From an uncultured Gammaproteobacteria bacterium (GTDB lineage Bacteria; Patescibacteriota; Patescibacteriia; 2-12-FULL-60-25): DNA of 64,000 bases. Shown in pieces: positions 1 through 9,157 of the stretch. Position numbers and translations under genes: made by a program. Location of the stretch: positions 67,426-131,425 of the forward strand of contig CAYQCK010000003.1 in the NCBI GenBank assembly GCA_964415965.1, written 5' to 3'. Below the pieces are notes generated by a model. That model was not told the DNA's origin. It made no database searches and was given only the letters and a program-made list of their open reading frames with translations. Each line of letters begins with the position of its first letter. The first letter of the stretch is position 1.

Positions 1-89
1 TCAGGACTGAAGCGCCGATTTGGGCCGCGAGCTTGCGGGCCGCGATGCTTTTTCCGATGCGGGGAGCGCCCCCGATGAGATAAATCATA
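1..89 (-). CDS. Partial CDS (N-terminus only, runs off the window edge): P-loop NTPase/kinase-like protein
   Basis: Minus-strand ATG at ~89 translates to MIYLIGGAPRIGKSIAARKLAAQIGASVL..., with a Walker-A-like GxxxxGKS. The ORF continues past position 1. Confidence 0.4.
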
Positions 90-152
90 TGTTTCAAGAT
101 AACCGATAATCCGAGTTTATTCCATGGACCGGTCTCTCGCGGCCTAAGCGCG

Positions 153-1757
153 TCACCAGTATCCGGCTTCGGAATACATGGCCAGACTCTCGTAATCGGC
201 CGTGCCGGCGTCGTCGGTCCAAGGCTTCCCGGCTTCGGGCGTAGGCAGCGCCACGGCCGCCGCAACGCCGGATTTCTCCCGGATTTCCCGAGCCAAGTCA
301 GCGGCCTTGGGACCAGCGCCTTGCCCGGCGAAAATCAGGACGTTCGCGACCTTGTCCGGGGAAGGGCCGTTGCCCATGCTGACGATAGCCAGCCAGTCGA
401 AGCCGGTGCGGAAAGTCCCGACCAGCCGCGCCTGGAAATTTTTTCCGTCTTCGCCGCTCGGCAGCGGAGGCATGATCATGTTGGCCACCAATACGCCGCC
501 CGGCTTGAGCGCCCGGCGGTAGTCCGCCACGGCTTCCCGCGTCAGCAGCTGCCAGGGCACGCAATGGTCTCCGCCGAACGCGTCGGCCGCGATGATGCCG
601 TAGCGGCGATCCAAACGGCGCACCGCCGGACGCGCATCATCGACGATGACCTTGACCCTTTCGGGATAGGCCGTGCCGTACGCCTCTTGCGCCGCCCGGT
701 AGACCGCGGGATCGATTTCGATGGCGTCGACGGTGGCCTGCGGATGGCGCGCCGCGAACTCGTCCGCCATCTGCATCCCGCCCGCCCCGACGAGCAGCAG
801 GCTGTCCGGCTCCGCCACCAACCCGTCGGCCGCCCTCATCCCGGCGACGTAATCGAACAACGAAACATGCGGGGAGTCTGGCCGGGCCGCGGAATGGTAA
901 CCGGAATTGATTTTCAGGAACCTGGCCGGGCCGCCTTTGAAGGTCGCGTCCTGGATGGATACATGGCCGTAGGCCGAGGGGATTTCCCGACCGCCGACCG
1001 GGCTGTCCGCGGCCGGGACCAGTCCCGGCGCCAAGACCATGCCCATGGCCGCCAAGGCGGCGTACGGCTTGCGCACCCGGTTCCTGGCCGAAAAACCCAG
1101 ACCGCACAGGACGAGCAGCGAACCGATGGCGAAGACGAGATGCGTGACCGGCAAAAGCGGCAGCAGGACATAGCCCGTGACATAGGTGCCGCACAGACTG
1201 CCGATGGTCCCGACGGCCGACAGGAAACCGGCGATGCGGCCGCTCTGCTCGAGCTTGTCCACGGTGAGGCGCAGGACCGCCGGGGCGACCGCGCCCAATA
1301 GGAACGAAGGCGGCGCGAACAGCAGGAGCGAGGCCAAAGGCACGACGGTTTGGAGCGGCCAATCGGCGACTTTGCCCAAAAACGGACGGCTGGCCAAGGC
1401 CAAGCCGATGGACCAAACGCCGGCGAGCAGCAGGAACGACGCCACGGTCGAAAGCCGCGGCCGCTTGTCGGCCGCGATGCCGCCGAGCCAGGCGCCGAGC
1501 GCCAAAGCCACGAGGATTACGCCGATGATGTTGGTCCAGACCAGGATGGACGTCCCGAAATACGGCGCCATAAGCCGCGCCTCGAGCAGTTCGAGGCTCA
1601 TGACTGCGAATCCGCTCACGAAAGCGGCAGCGACGGCCGGCCAATGTCCCGTGAGGACGGCGGCTTTGGGCGTGGACGCGACCGGCTCGCTACAAAGCAC
1701 CCCGCCCTCACGGGCTGGGTGCTGCTGTTGGATGTTTATTTGTCCGGTCTGACCCAT
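153..1757 (-). CDS. Membrane-anchored spermidine synthase-like (polyamine aminopropyltransferase family) fusion protein
   Basis: 534-aa ORF. The N-terminal half is polytopic hydrophobic. The C-terminal half has an aminopropyltransferase-like LLLVGAGGM ... VIVDDA pattern. It overlaps the gyrA stop by 1 nt (operon). Confidence 0.5.
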   Translation of the reverse strand: MGQTGQINIQQQHPAREGGVLCSEPVASTPKAAVLTGHWPAVAAAFVSGFAVMSLELLEARLMAPYFGTSILVWTNIIGVILVALALGAWLGGIAADKRPRLSTVASFLLLAGVWSIGLALASRPFLGKVADWPLQTVVPLASLLLFAPPSFLLGAVAPAVLRLTVDKLEQSGRIAGFLSAVGTIGSLCGTYVTGYVLLPLLPVTHLVFAIGSLLVLCGLGFSARNRVRKPYAALAAMGMVLAPGLVPAADSPVGGREIPSAYGHVSIQDATFKGGPARFLKINSGYHSAARPDSPHVSLFDYVAGMRAADGLVAEPDSLLLVGAGGMQMADEFAARHPQATVDAIEIDPAVYRAAQEAYGTAYPERVKVIVDDARPAVRRLDRRYGIIAADAFGGDHCVPWQLLTREAVADYRRALKPGGVLVANMIMPPLPSGEDGKNFQARLVGTFRTGFDWLAIVSMGNGPSPDKVANVLIFAGQGAGPKAADLAREIREKSGVAAAVALPTPEAGKPWTDDAGTADYESLAMYSEAGYW

Positions 1758-1758
1758 G

Positions 1759-4257
1759 TCATTCGTCCTTAGCGTCCCCGCCGACGAGCGCCACGCTCGA
1801 AAGCATGTCGCCCTCTTCCTTGAACCGCATCACCCTTACTCCCTGGGTGTCACGGCCGAGCGACGGCACGCTCTTGAACGGCAGGCGGATGACCACGCCC
1901 TTCTTGCTCATGCACAGGAGGTCGCGTTCTTCGTCCTTCGATGTGACATATGCCGCCACCACCCCGCCGGTCTTGGGCGTGACCTTCATCGTCCGGATGC
2001 CCGAGCCGCCGCGCTTCTGGACCTTGTATTCGGTCAGGTTGGTGCGCTTGCCCAAACCGTTTTCGGCGATGGTGAATAGCTCGAGATGGCCTTTCTTGAC
2101 GAGCGACGGCAGGACGATATCCATCCCGACGACGCTGTCGCCCTTTTTCTTGAGATTGATGCCGCGCACGCCGGCCGCGTTGCGCCCCATGGCGCGGACG
2201 TCCGACTCCTTGAACCGGATGGATTGTCCCTGGCTCGTCACCAGCATGATGTCGTCGGATCCGGAGGAGGGCTTGACCCACTTGAGGTCGTCGCCTTCGT
2301 GGAGGTTGATGGCGATAAGCCCGGAACGCCTGACGTTCTCGAACTCCGCGAGCTCGGTCTTCTTAATCGTACCCTGGGTCGTGACCATCACCAGGTTCTT
2401 GGCGCCGTCCATGTCGCCCATGGGCAGGACCGTCGCCACCTTCTCGCCCGGCGCGAGCTGGAGGAAATTGACGATGGCTTGGCCCTTGGCCGTGCGGCTC
2501 CCCTGCGGGACGTCGTACGCCTTCATCCGGAAGACGCGGCCGCGCGTCGTGAAGAACATGATGTCGGCGTGGGTGTTGGTCGAGAAGACGTGTTCGACCT
2601 GGTCCTCTTCCTTGGTCGTCAGCCCGGCCACGCCTTTGCCGCCGCGTCCCTGGGTGCGGAACATGTCCGGCGGCACGCGCTTGACGTAGCCGTCGGCCGT
2701 CAGCATGACGAGCGTCGGCTCGTCCGGGATCAGGTCTTCGGTCGAGAACTCCCCGACCGGCGACTTGATGACCTGGGTGCGGCGTTCGTCGCCGAACTTC
2801 TCGGCCATCTCCTGGACTTCCTTCTTGATGATGGCCAGCATCTTCTTGGCCGATTTCAGGATCGATTCCAGCTCCTCGATCAGGTCCATCTTCTCCTTGT
2901 ATTCCTGCTCGACCTTGAGGCGCTCAAGGTTGGCCAGCTGCTGCAGCCGCATCTCGAGGATGGCCCCGGCCTGGATCTCGGACAGCTTGAACTTCTTGAC
3001 CAGGTTGATCTTGGCCTCGTCCTTATCCTTGGATTTCTTGATGGTCGCGATGACCTCATCGATCTTGAGGATGGCGATGCGCAGGCCTTCGAGGATATGC
3101 GCCCGTTCCTTGGCCCGCGCCAGCTCGTATTCGGTGCGGCGGCGGACGACGTTCTGGCGGTGTTTGACGTACTCCTCGAGGATGTTCTTGAGCGTCAGGA
3201 CGCGCGGCTGGATGCCGTCGACCAGCGCCAGCATGTTCACGTGGAACGTCTCCTGGAGCTGGGACATCTTGAAGAGCTGGTTCAGCACTTTGCGCGGATA
3301 GGCGTCCTTCTTGAGGTCAATGACGATGCGCAGGCCATCCTTGTTGGATTCGTCGCGCAGGTCGCGGATGCCCTCGATCCGCTTGTCCGTGACCAGCTCG
3401 GCGATGTGCTCGATGAGCGTCGCCTTGTTGACCTGGTACGGGATCTCGTTCACCACGATCTTGAACTGGCCGGCCTTGTCCTCGACGATCTCGGCCTTGG
3501 CCCGCATCACGATACCGCCCTTGCCCGTGGCGTACGCCTGCTTTATCTCATTGATGTCGTAGACGATGCCGCCGGTCGGGAAATCCGGTCCTTTGACGAA
3601 CTGCATCAGCCCTTCGACCGTGATGTCCGGGTCATCCATCAAAGCGCAAGCCGCGTCGCAGACCTCCTTCAGGTTGTGCGGCGGGATATTCGTGGCCATG
3701 CCGACGGCGATGCCGAGCGTTCCGTTCAGGAGCAGATTGGGCAGCTTGGCCGGCAGGACCGACGGCTCCTTGACCGAGCCGTCGAAATTGGGCCGGAAGT
3801 CGACCGTGTCCTTGTCGATATCGAGCAGCAGCTCGTCGGCCAGCGTCTCGAGCTTGGATTCGGTATAGCGGTAAGCGGCCGGACGGTCGCCGTCGATGGA
3901 ACCGAAGTTGCCTTGGCCGCGGACCAGCGGATAGCGCAGCGAAAAATCCTGCGCCATGCGGGCCAACGAATCGTAGACGGCCGAGTCGCCGTGCGGATGG
4001 TACTTGCCGAGCACGTCGCCGACGACCGTGGCGCATTTCTTGAATTTGGCGGTCGAACGCAGGCCGGTCTGCCACATCGAATACATGATGCGGCGGTGCA
4101 CCGGTTTCATGCCGTCGCGGACGTCCGGCAAGGCGCGGTCCACGATGACGCTCATGGCGTAATCGAGGAACGAGGTGCGCATCTCCTGCACGATGTCGTG
4201 CTGTTCGATGTTGCCGATGTATTGGAGCGGCTGTTGGTTCTGTTGTTTGTCGGCCAT
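1759..4257 (-). CDS. gyrA: DNA gyrase subunit A
   Basis: 832 aa. Canonical GyrA N-terminus ([24 protein letters not shown]..., catalytic Tyr region RYTE) and C-terminal beta-pinwheel repeats. Confidence 0.97.
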   Translation of the reverse strand: MADKQQNQQPLQYIGNIEQHDIVQEMRTSFLDYAMSVIVDRALPDVRDGMKPVHRRIMYSMWQTGLRSTAKFKKCATVVGDVLGKYHPHGDSAVYDSLARMAQDFSLRYPLVRGQGNFGSIDGDRPAAYRYTESKLETLADELLLDIDKDTVDFRPNFDGSVKEPSVLPAKLPNLLLNGTLGIAVGMATNIPPHNLKEVCDAACALMDDPDITVEGLMQFVKGPDFPTGGIVYDINEIKQAYATGKGGIVMRAKAEIVEDKAGQFKIVVNEIPYQVNKATLIEHIAELVTDKRIEGIRDLRDESNKDGLRIVIDLKKDAYPRKVLNQLFKMSQLQETFHVNMLALVDGIQPRVLTLKNILEEYVKHRQNVVRRRTEYELARAKERAHILEGLRIAILKIDEVIATIKKSKDKDEAKINLVKKFKLSEIQAGAILEMRLQQLANLERLKVEQEYKEKMDLIEELESILKSAKKMLAIIKKEVQEMAEKFGDERRTQVIKSPVGEFSTEDLIPDEPTLVMLTADGYVKRVPPDMFRTQGRGGKGVAGLTTKEEDQVEHVFSTNTHADIMFFTTRGRVFRMKAYDVPQGSRTAKGQAIVNFLQLAPGEKVATVLPMGDMDGAKNLVMVTTQGTIKKTELAEFENVRRSGLIAINLHEGDDLKWVKPSSGSDDIMLVTSQGQSIRFKESDVRAMGRNAAGVRGINLKKKGDSVVGMDIVLPSLVKKGHLELFTIAENGLGKRTNLTEYKVQKRGGSGIRTMKVTPKTGGVVAAYVTSKDEERDLLCMSKKGVVIRLPFKSVPSLGRDTQGVRVMRFKEEGDMLSSVALVGGDAKDE

Positions 4258-4263
4258 AGCTTC

Positions 4264-4854
4264 TTAGGGTTTGCTGGTTTCGGTTGGTTTTTCCGTCTGG
4301 ACCGCCGGCGTGCCGGTCACGACCGTCTCCGGGTTGAACAGGTCGCGCGTCCCGCTCGCCGCTTCGTCGGTCCCGGACAAGACGCGCTCCATGGTCCGTC
4401 GGGCATCGGCCTGGGCGGCCGCCTGCTCCTTGATGAGCTGCATCTGCCGGCTCGCCCCGTCAGCCGCGTTCCTGATGAGCTCGTTGCCCGTGGCTCCCTG
4501 CATCGAATCGCCGACCTCCGACGCCGTCTGGCTGGCTTCGGCCAAGGCCGGCTTGAGCCCCGCATCGAACCCTTTATTGATTTCTGGTTTGACCGCCCAC
4601 CACCAGCCGACGGCCACGATCACGGCGCAGACGGCGACGCCGAGCCACATGCTCGTGACCTGCACCGGATCCGTCGGGCGGCGTGCGGCGGCGTGGGCCA
4701 AGATGATCTGCCGCTTCTCTTCCCGGCTCAACAGCGTGCCGGACGCGTAGCTTTCCGGTTCGGGCGCGGCGATGGGCTGGATGTCGCTTGCCGGCGTCTT
4801 GGCCCTTCGGGGCGCGGCGCGGCGCGGCGCGGCGGTGGCTTTTTTTATGGGCAT
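4264..4854 (-). CDS. Hypothetical single-pass membrane protein
   Basis: 196 aa with a basic N-terminus and one TM helix (WLGVAVCAVIVAVGWWWAV). Tightly packed between the MBL gene and gyrA. Confidence 0.5.
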   Translation of the reverse strand: MPIKKATAAPRRAAPRRAKTPASDIQPIAAPEPESYASGTLLSREEKRQIILAHAAARRPTDPVQVTSMWLGVAVCAVIVAVGWWWAVKPEINKGFDAGLKPALAEASQTASEVGDSMQGATGNELIRNAADGASRQMQLIKEQAAAQADARRTMERVLSGTDEAASGTRDLFNPETVVTGTPAVQTEKPTETSKP

Positions 4855-4872
4855 ACGGTTTGGGATTTCGCT

Positions 4873-5553
4873 TTAGGCCCGCTCCAAGACCATGACGACG
4901 ACATCCTCGGCCGGAAGCTCCTTCTTGCTGATCTTGAGCTTGTTGGCGTCCTGGCGCTTGCATACCCCGAGCGCCTTGCAGAAAGTGTCGACTCCGGTGA
5001 GCTTGGTCTTGATGCCCGGCAGGTCGTAGTGGAGCGGCACCACGATGCGCGGTTCGATGACCGAAATGGTTTCGCTGGCCAGCTTCGAGTCCATGACCTC
5101 ACCGCCGCCGACCGGCAGCAGCAGGACATCCACCTCGCCCAATTCCTCGACCTCGAAATCCGTCAGCTTGCGCTTGAGTTGCCCCAGGAAAGCGACGTTG
5201 ATGCCTTCGGCCGTCAGCCGGTAAATGATGGGCCGCGCTTTTTCCCCGGCGTCGAGCGTTTTATCCTGGATGCCTTGGATGAAGACGTCCTTTATCTCGT
5301 ATTCGCCGGGGTTGCTGACGACGAACGGCTTGCCCTGGATATTCTCGAGGCTGAAGCGCTTCTGGTCCTGGTGCGAAAGGAGCAAGACATCCGGTTCGAC
5401 CGTGCGCGGCATGCGCAAACTCGCCTCGTTCGCGAAAGGGTCGGTCAGGACCGTCGCTTCTTTGTCGCCGCTCTTGGCTTCGATGCGGATGGTGGAATAG
5501 CCGTGCCAGAAAATCTGCATAATAACTATAAGAATTCGTCGATTTTTGCCCAT
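4873..5553 (-). CDS. MBL-fold metallo-hydrolase (likely true start at internal Met, ~5520)
   Basis: MQIFWHGYSTIRIE... N-terminus typical of the UPF0173/MBL fold, with a HxHxDH-like region (LLLSHQDQ). Standalone, not fused to ComEC. Confidence 0.6.
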   Translation of the reverse strand: MGKNRRILIVIMQIFWHGYSTIRIEAKSGDKEATVLTDPFANEASLRMPRTVEPDVLLLSHQDQKRFSLENIQGKPFVVSNPGEYEIKDVFIQGIQDKTLDAGEKARPIIYRLTAEGINVAFLGQLKRKLTDFEVEELGEVDVLLLPVGGGEVMDSKLASETISVIEPRIVVPLHYDLPGIKTKLTGVDTFCKALGVCKRQDANKLKISKKELPAEDVVVMVLERA

Positions 5554-5649
5554 CTAGATTACCACGCCCGGCGCGGATAAACAACCCCGCCGCGGCCCAT
5601 AAATCGGGCGCGGATCGGCCGTTTGTCAAGGCTTCCGAGGCGGGAAAAA

Positions 5650-6579
5650 CTAACTCCGGCAGAGCCTGTATTCGGCCGCCGCCTGTTCCGGCGAAACCGG
5701 GTTGATGAACAGCCCGGCGTCGAATTCGAAACCGGCCTGGATATTGCCGCGCGGGCAGAAACGGATATCGAACGGCTCGTTCCGGTCCTCGATGACGTCG
5801 TGGAAATGGAAGTTGTAGGCCAAACCCAACCGCCGGATGAGCGGCATCAGGCCGTGCAAAGCCCGGGCCAAAGACCGGCGCTCCGCTTCGGTCGTCTGCG
5901 TGATGTTGTCTACGGCTCGCCGCAACATCAGCCTGACGCCATAGGCGAAGGGCGTGAACGGATCGGCGAAAGCGACGGCCCTGGCGTCCCGGTAGACGAT
6001 GCGCTCCGGCGTCGCCTCGGCGAGCAGCACCGCATGCGGCGACGCCTTGACCTTCTTGGCCAGGGTTTGGCGGTTGCGCCGCATCCGCTCCAGGCGGTCC
6101 GGGACGAACGGCAAAGCGAAAATCTGCGAATGCGCATGCTCCTGCGAAGCGCCGGCTTCCCGGCCTTCGTTCTTGAACACGACGACGTATCTGAAATGGC
6201 GCTGCGTCTGCCGCAGGTCCTCGACCCTCTCGGCCATCGCCCCCAGGACGCCGGCCATCTGCGCGGCGCTGAAGCACGAGAATTTCCGGTTCGCCGTGCC
6301 CTCGACCAGGATTTCCTGATGGCCGCCCAGCGGCGACTCGGGACCGAAAACCGGGAAGGCGTTGCCGATGGCGGTTATCTTCTCCGCCCCGGAGCCGAAT
6401 TCGGCCAGCACGTCCTCGTGTTCGAGGTTTTTGGGCGAAAAACGGTCCTCCATCTTCTTCGGCCCGGAGGCATGGGGACGCCCTTGGCGCTTGGGCGCGA
6501 ACACGACGCAATCGCCGGCCACCGGTTCGCGCCGCAGGACAGGATATTCGACCGTTTGTTTCGCCATAATGTTTTTCAT
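5650..6579 (-). CDS. Galactose-1-phosphate uridylyltransferase family (HIT-like) protein
   Basis: The track ORF 5650..7110 has a 177-aa R/S/P-rich N-extension that overlaps ruvC in another frame. The plausible start is MKNIMAKQ at ~6579. It carries an HxHxQ motif (QEHAHSQ) of the GalT branch. Confidence 0.7.
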   Translation of the reverse strand: MKNIMAKQTVEYPVLRREPVAGDCVVFAPKRQGRPHASGPKKMEDRFSPKNLEHEDVLAEFGSGAEKITAIGNAFPVFGPESPLGGHQEILVEGTANRKFSCFSAAQMAGVLGAMAERVEDLRQTQRHFRYVVVFKNEGREAGASQEHAHSQIFALPFVPDRLERMRRNRQTLAKKVKASPHAVLLAEATPERIVYRDARAVAFADPFTPFAYGVRLMLRRAVDNITQTTEAERRSLARALHGLMPLIRRLGLAYNFHFHDVIEDRNEPFDIRFCPRGNIQAGFEFDAGLFINPVSPEQAAAEYRLCRS

Positions 6580-6794
6580 CGGGGCAGGACCAGGCCGCCC
6601 ATCGGCTGCAACCCCGGCTGCGAAACCATCAGGGGCGAACCGATGTTGGGGTTCAGGTTCCAATTCGCCTGCTGGCCTTCGATGACCGTGCCTTGGCTCT
6701 GGGTCGAGACGATGAAGCCGTAGCCGTCGCGCTTGATTTCGCAACCGGCGGCCAGGAGCGAAGCGGCCGCCAGCATGAAGATTAATTTTTTCAT
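6576..6794 (-). CDS. Small lipoprotein
   Basis: 72 aa with a signal peptide and lipobox (LLAAGC). ATGA-type overlaps with ruvC upstream and the galT-like gene downstream. Confidence 0.45.
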   Translation of the reverse strand: MKKLIFMLAAASLLAAGCEIKRDGYGFIVSTQSQGTVIEGQQANWNLNPNIGSPLMVSQPGLQPMGGLVLPR

Positions 6795-7315
6795 GAGGTG
6801 CGGCTAGTATAATTGAAAAGCGTGGCGCCGACGATGGCGATGGCCAAGGCATCGGCCGCGTCATCGGGACGCGGGACCTCGGCCAAGCCCAGCAAGCGTT
6901 GGACCATGCCCTGGACCTGCTTCTTGTCGGCCCCGCCCCACCCGGCGACCCCTTGCTTGATCTGGTTCGGCGTGGCCTCGACCATCGGGATGCCGGCATC
7001 GGCCACGGCCAGGACCGCGACGCCGCGCGCCATCCCGACCTTGATCGCCGTTTTGGCGTTGGTCTGGAAAAACAGCTGCTCGATGGCGACCGCGTCGGGC
7101 CTATATTCATCCAAAGCCCTCCGCAGCCCGTCGCGCGTCTCCTGGAGCCGCAGCGCGAATTCGTCCATGGCCGAAGTCTGGATGCAGCCGTGCGCTATCC
7201 ACTTGATCCGGCTCCCCTCCTGCTCGACGACGCCATAACCCGTCCGGTCGAAACCGGGGTCGATGCCGAGGATGCGCAGGGGTTTGGACGACATTGTTGT
7301 AGGGGCGCATGCCAT
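6791..7315 (-). CDS. ruvC: Crossover junction endodeoxyribonuclease RuvC (true start likely MSSKPLRILGIDPG, ~21 nt inside)
   Basis: RuvC catalytic N-terminus (LGIDPGFDRTGYGV) and C-terminal DAADALAIAI motif. Confidence 0.9.
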   Translation of the reverse strand: MACAPTTMSSKPLRILGIDPGFDRTGYGVVEQEGSRIKWIAHGCIQTSAMDEFALRLQETRDGLRRALDEYRPDAVAIEQLFFQTNAKTAIKVGMARGVAVLAVADAGIPMVEATPNQIKQGVAGWGGADKKQVQGMVQRLLGLAEVPRPDDAADALAIAIVGATLFNYTSRTS

Positions 7316-7348
7316 GCGCCCAGGGCGTGCGGCGCACGCCCCTACAAA

Positions 7349-8074
7349 TCACGCCAAATTGGAATATACGTGCGCCACGTCATCCAGCGCCTCCAGCTCC
7401 TCGATGAGCTCCGCGACCTGGGTCCCTTTCTCCTCGTCCGTCTCGACCAGGCTAGACGGGATCCACTCGAACTCGGCGCTTTCGACGTTCAGGCCCAACT
7501 TCGACGCCGCGTCCGCGACCTTGGCCAAATCCGTCGTCACGCAGGTCACCTCGGCCGTCTCATCCAAGTCCGCGATATCCTCGGCGCCCGCGTCGATCAG
7601 CGACAGCTCGACCTCTTCGCGCCGGTCCGCCGGTAGCCCTCCCGGGATACGCACCACGCCCTTCTTCTGGAAGAGATAGGTCACCGAACCTTGGTTGGCC
7701 AGGGACGCACCGTAATCGGACAAGGTGTGTTTGACGTCGTTCGCCGAACGGTTGGTGTTGTCGGTCAGGCACTCGATGATGAGCGCCGTGCCGCCCGGGG
7801 CGTACGCCTCGTACACCGGAGATTCGATGGTCGCGGCATCGGCGCCCGTACCGGCGCCGCGCGCCACCGCCCGCTCGATGGCGTCCTTGGGCATGGAAGC
7901 TTTCCGCGCCCGGTCGATGGCCACCCGGAGCCTGACGTTCATCGCCGGATCGCCGCCTTTTTCGCGGGCCGCGACCGAAATCTCGCGCGCCAGCTTGGTG
8001 AACGACGCCGAACGCTTGGCGTCGACGGCGCCCTTGAACTGTTTCACTTTGGACCACTTGGAATGACGGGACAT
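7349..8074 (-). CDS. YebC/PmpR family DNA-binding transcriptional regulator
   Basis: Start at MSRHSKWSKVKQFKG (the track ORF 7349..8425 carries a spurious 117-aa N-extension). Full-length YebC family match. Confidence 0.9.
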   Translation of the reverse strand: MSRHSKWSKVKQFKGAVDAKRSASFTKLAREISVAAREKGGDPAMNVRLRVAIDRARKASMPKDAIERAVARGAGTGADAATIESPVYEAYAPGGTALIIECLTDNTNRSANDVKHTLSDYGASLANQGSVTYLFQKKGVVRIPGGLPADRREEVELSLIDAGAEDIADLDETAEVTCVTTDLAKVADAASKLGLNVESAEFEWIPSSLVETDEEKGTQVAELIEELEALDDVAHVYSNLA

Positions 8075-8109
8075 AAAGATAGCTCCCAGCTTAGCCGACC
8101 CGGCCCAGC

Positions 8110-8137
8110 TTGACAAAGTCCGCCAGGTTGCTAGAAT
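8110..8137 (+). promoter_or_regulatory. Consensus-like sigma70 promoter (TTGACA-N16-TAGAAT)
   Basis: Read directly from the sequence, ~45 nt upstream of the Cys-rich ORF start. Confidence 0.5.
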
Positions 8138-8181
8138 CGCCAGGCTCTTTTGGCCCAACCCCAACCCGGAGACTCCGTTCA

Positions 8182-8502
8182 ATGCCCTGTGTTTTCTGCG
8201 GCCGCAGCTACCATACCTCGCCCTCCAAGGCTTTTTGCCTGGGCTGCCTGCAGCTCCTCGTGAATGTCCGCGTCGCCGAACGGTCAGACCCTGAAGATAC
8301 GGTCCGCCATCTGCGGCCGCTCGTGGTCCGCGGTTCCTGCGGCTTCTGCCGCCAGGAAAACTGCGGTTGCCTTTGCAACCTATGCGGCCTCGAGCACGCC
8401 GATTGCGCCTGTACCGCGACCGCAATCCTGGCGCACTACGGCATCGGCAGCGGGGATTCTTGCCGCCCGCCGCCGCTCAAACAGGCCGAAAACTTCACCT
8501 GA
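8182..8502 (+). CDS. Cysteine-rich small protein (multiple CxxC; zinc-ribbon-like)
   Basis: MPCVFCGRSYH...CLGC...CGFC...CGCLCNLC...CAC. GGAG lies 9 nt upstream. The track ORF 8110..8502 starts at the TTG inside the promoter -35 element. Confidence 0.5.
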   Translation: MPCVFCGRSYHTSPSKAFCLGCLQLLVNVRVAERSDPEDTVRHLRPLVVRGSCGFCRQENCGCLCNLCGLEHADCACTATAILAHYGIGSGDSCRPPPLKQAENFT

Positions 8503-8527
8503 CCGCCACGGCCAGGCCCTTCCCCAA

Positions 8528-8560
8528 CCGCCCCGACGCTCCCGCGCCGGGCGTTTTTTA
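8528..8560 (+). terminator. Intrinsic terminator (GC hairpin CGCCCCG...CGGGCG + T6)
   Basis: ccgccccgacgctcccgcgccgggcgtttttta. It is near-identical to the element at ~9008. Confidence 0.6.
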
Positions 8561-8654
8561 AACGGAAATTGACGCCTCAATCGGGCTTTGTTACGTTGAA
8601 CCGACGGACATTCGGACAATCTCACCTCTGACTGCACATCGAGGAGAACCCGCC

Positions 8655-8978
8655 ATCGACCAAGGACATTCCGCTGGGCCAGCCGCCGCACCGCCCCTGA
8701 CCAAAATCACTTGCCCGAACTGCAAAGGCCAAGGCAAAATCCATCGGTTCGAAACCTGCTCGAGATGCCACGGCGAAGGTGAAGTCGGACCTTGGGAGCG
8801 CGTAGGAGGCCCGGGCGATGATCATTTCTACGGCAATCCCTGCCCTGAATGCAGCGACCCCAACCCCGACGGCGTTCGCTGCAGCCGAGGTCAAGTCTAC
8901 CTCGGCCAAATGACTTGCGGCACGTGCAACGGCCAAGGCCACTATTGGCTCGACGCCGAAAAGCCGCCCGCCGCCTGA
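8655..8978 (+). CDS. DnaJ-type zinc-finger (4x CxxCxGxG) small protein ORF with no canonical start codon
   Basis: Stop-free frame 8562..8978 encodes CPNCKGQGK...CSRCHGEGE...CPECSD...CGTCNGQGH. There is no ATG/GTG/TTG before the motifs. GAGGAG sits 8 nt before an in-frame ATC at ~8655. Confidence 0.35.
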   Translation: MDQGHSAGPAAAPPLTKITCPNCKGQGKIHRFETCSRCHGEGEVGPWERVGGPGDDHFYGNPCPECSDPNPDGVRCSRGQVYLGQMTCGTCNGQGHYWLDAEKPPAA

Positions 8979-9007
8979 ATCACACATGTCCAACAGGCTT
9001 CTCACCA

Positions 9008-9040
9008 CCGCCCGACGTTCCCGCGCCGGGCGTTTTTTAT
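9008..9040 (+). terminator. Intrinsic terminator, a near-copy of the 8528 element
   Basis: ccgcccgacgttcccgcgccgggcgttttttat. Confidence 0.6.
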
Positions 9041-9157
9041 GTTGATACCGGATTTACTTGCTATGCCTTGACCTTATCCCGATAATCCGATATGCAATTA
9101 GCGAGGGTAATTCGGCCCTCGCTGTACATTGACAACCCAATCTTTGGGAGACTTGTC

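Noticed and set aside
2086-5580. 1164-aa plus-strand ORF, plus similar giant ORFs at 10778..12451, 12797..14866 and 14870..18283 (all plus strand)
   Set aside because: They are antisense to gyrA, rpoC and rpoB. Their translations are low-complexity and R/D/G/L-rich. These are the stop-poor shadow frames expected in 65% GC DNA. The minus-strand genes have unambiguous homology.
5650-7110. Full 486-aa track ORF for the GalT-like gene
   Set aside because: The N-terminal 177 aa is R/S/P-rich and overlaps the ruvC and lipoprotein coding sequences in other frames. The conserved protein starts at MKNIMAKQ (~6579), with ATGA overlap coupling to the upstream gene.
7349-8425. 358-aa track ORF for YebC with a 117-aa N-extension
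   Set aside because: The extension (MRSRYRRNRRARG...) is arginine-rich junk reading through the promoter and Cys-rich ORF region on the opposite strand. The YebC family begins at MSRHSKWSK.
8622-9008. Minus-strand 128-aa ORF (MVRSLLDMCDSGGG...)
   Set aside because: The plus-strand frame over the same DNA encodes four perfect DnaJ-type CxxCxGxG motifs, which is far stronger evidence of coding. The minus-strand ORF is its antisense shadow.
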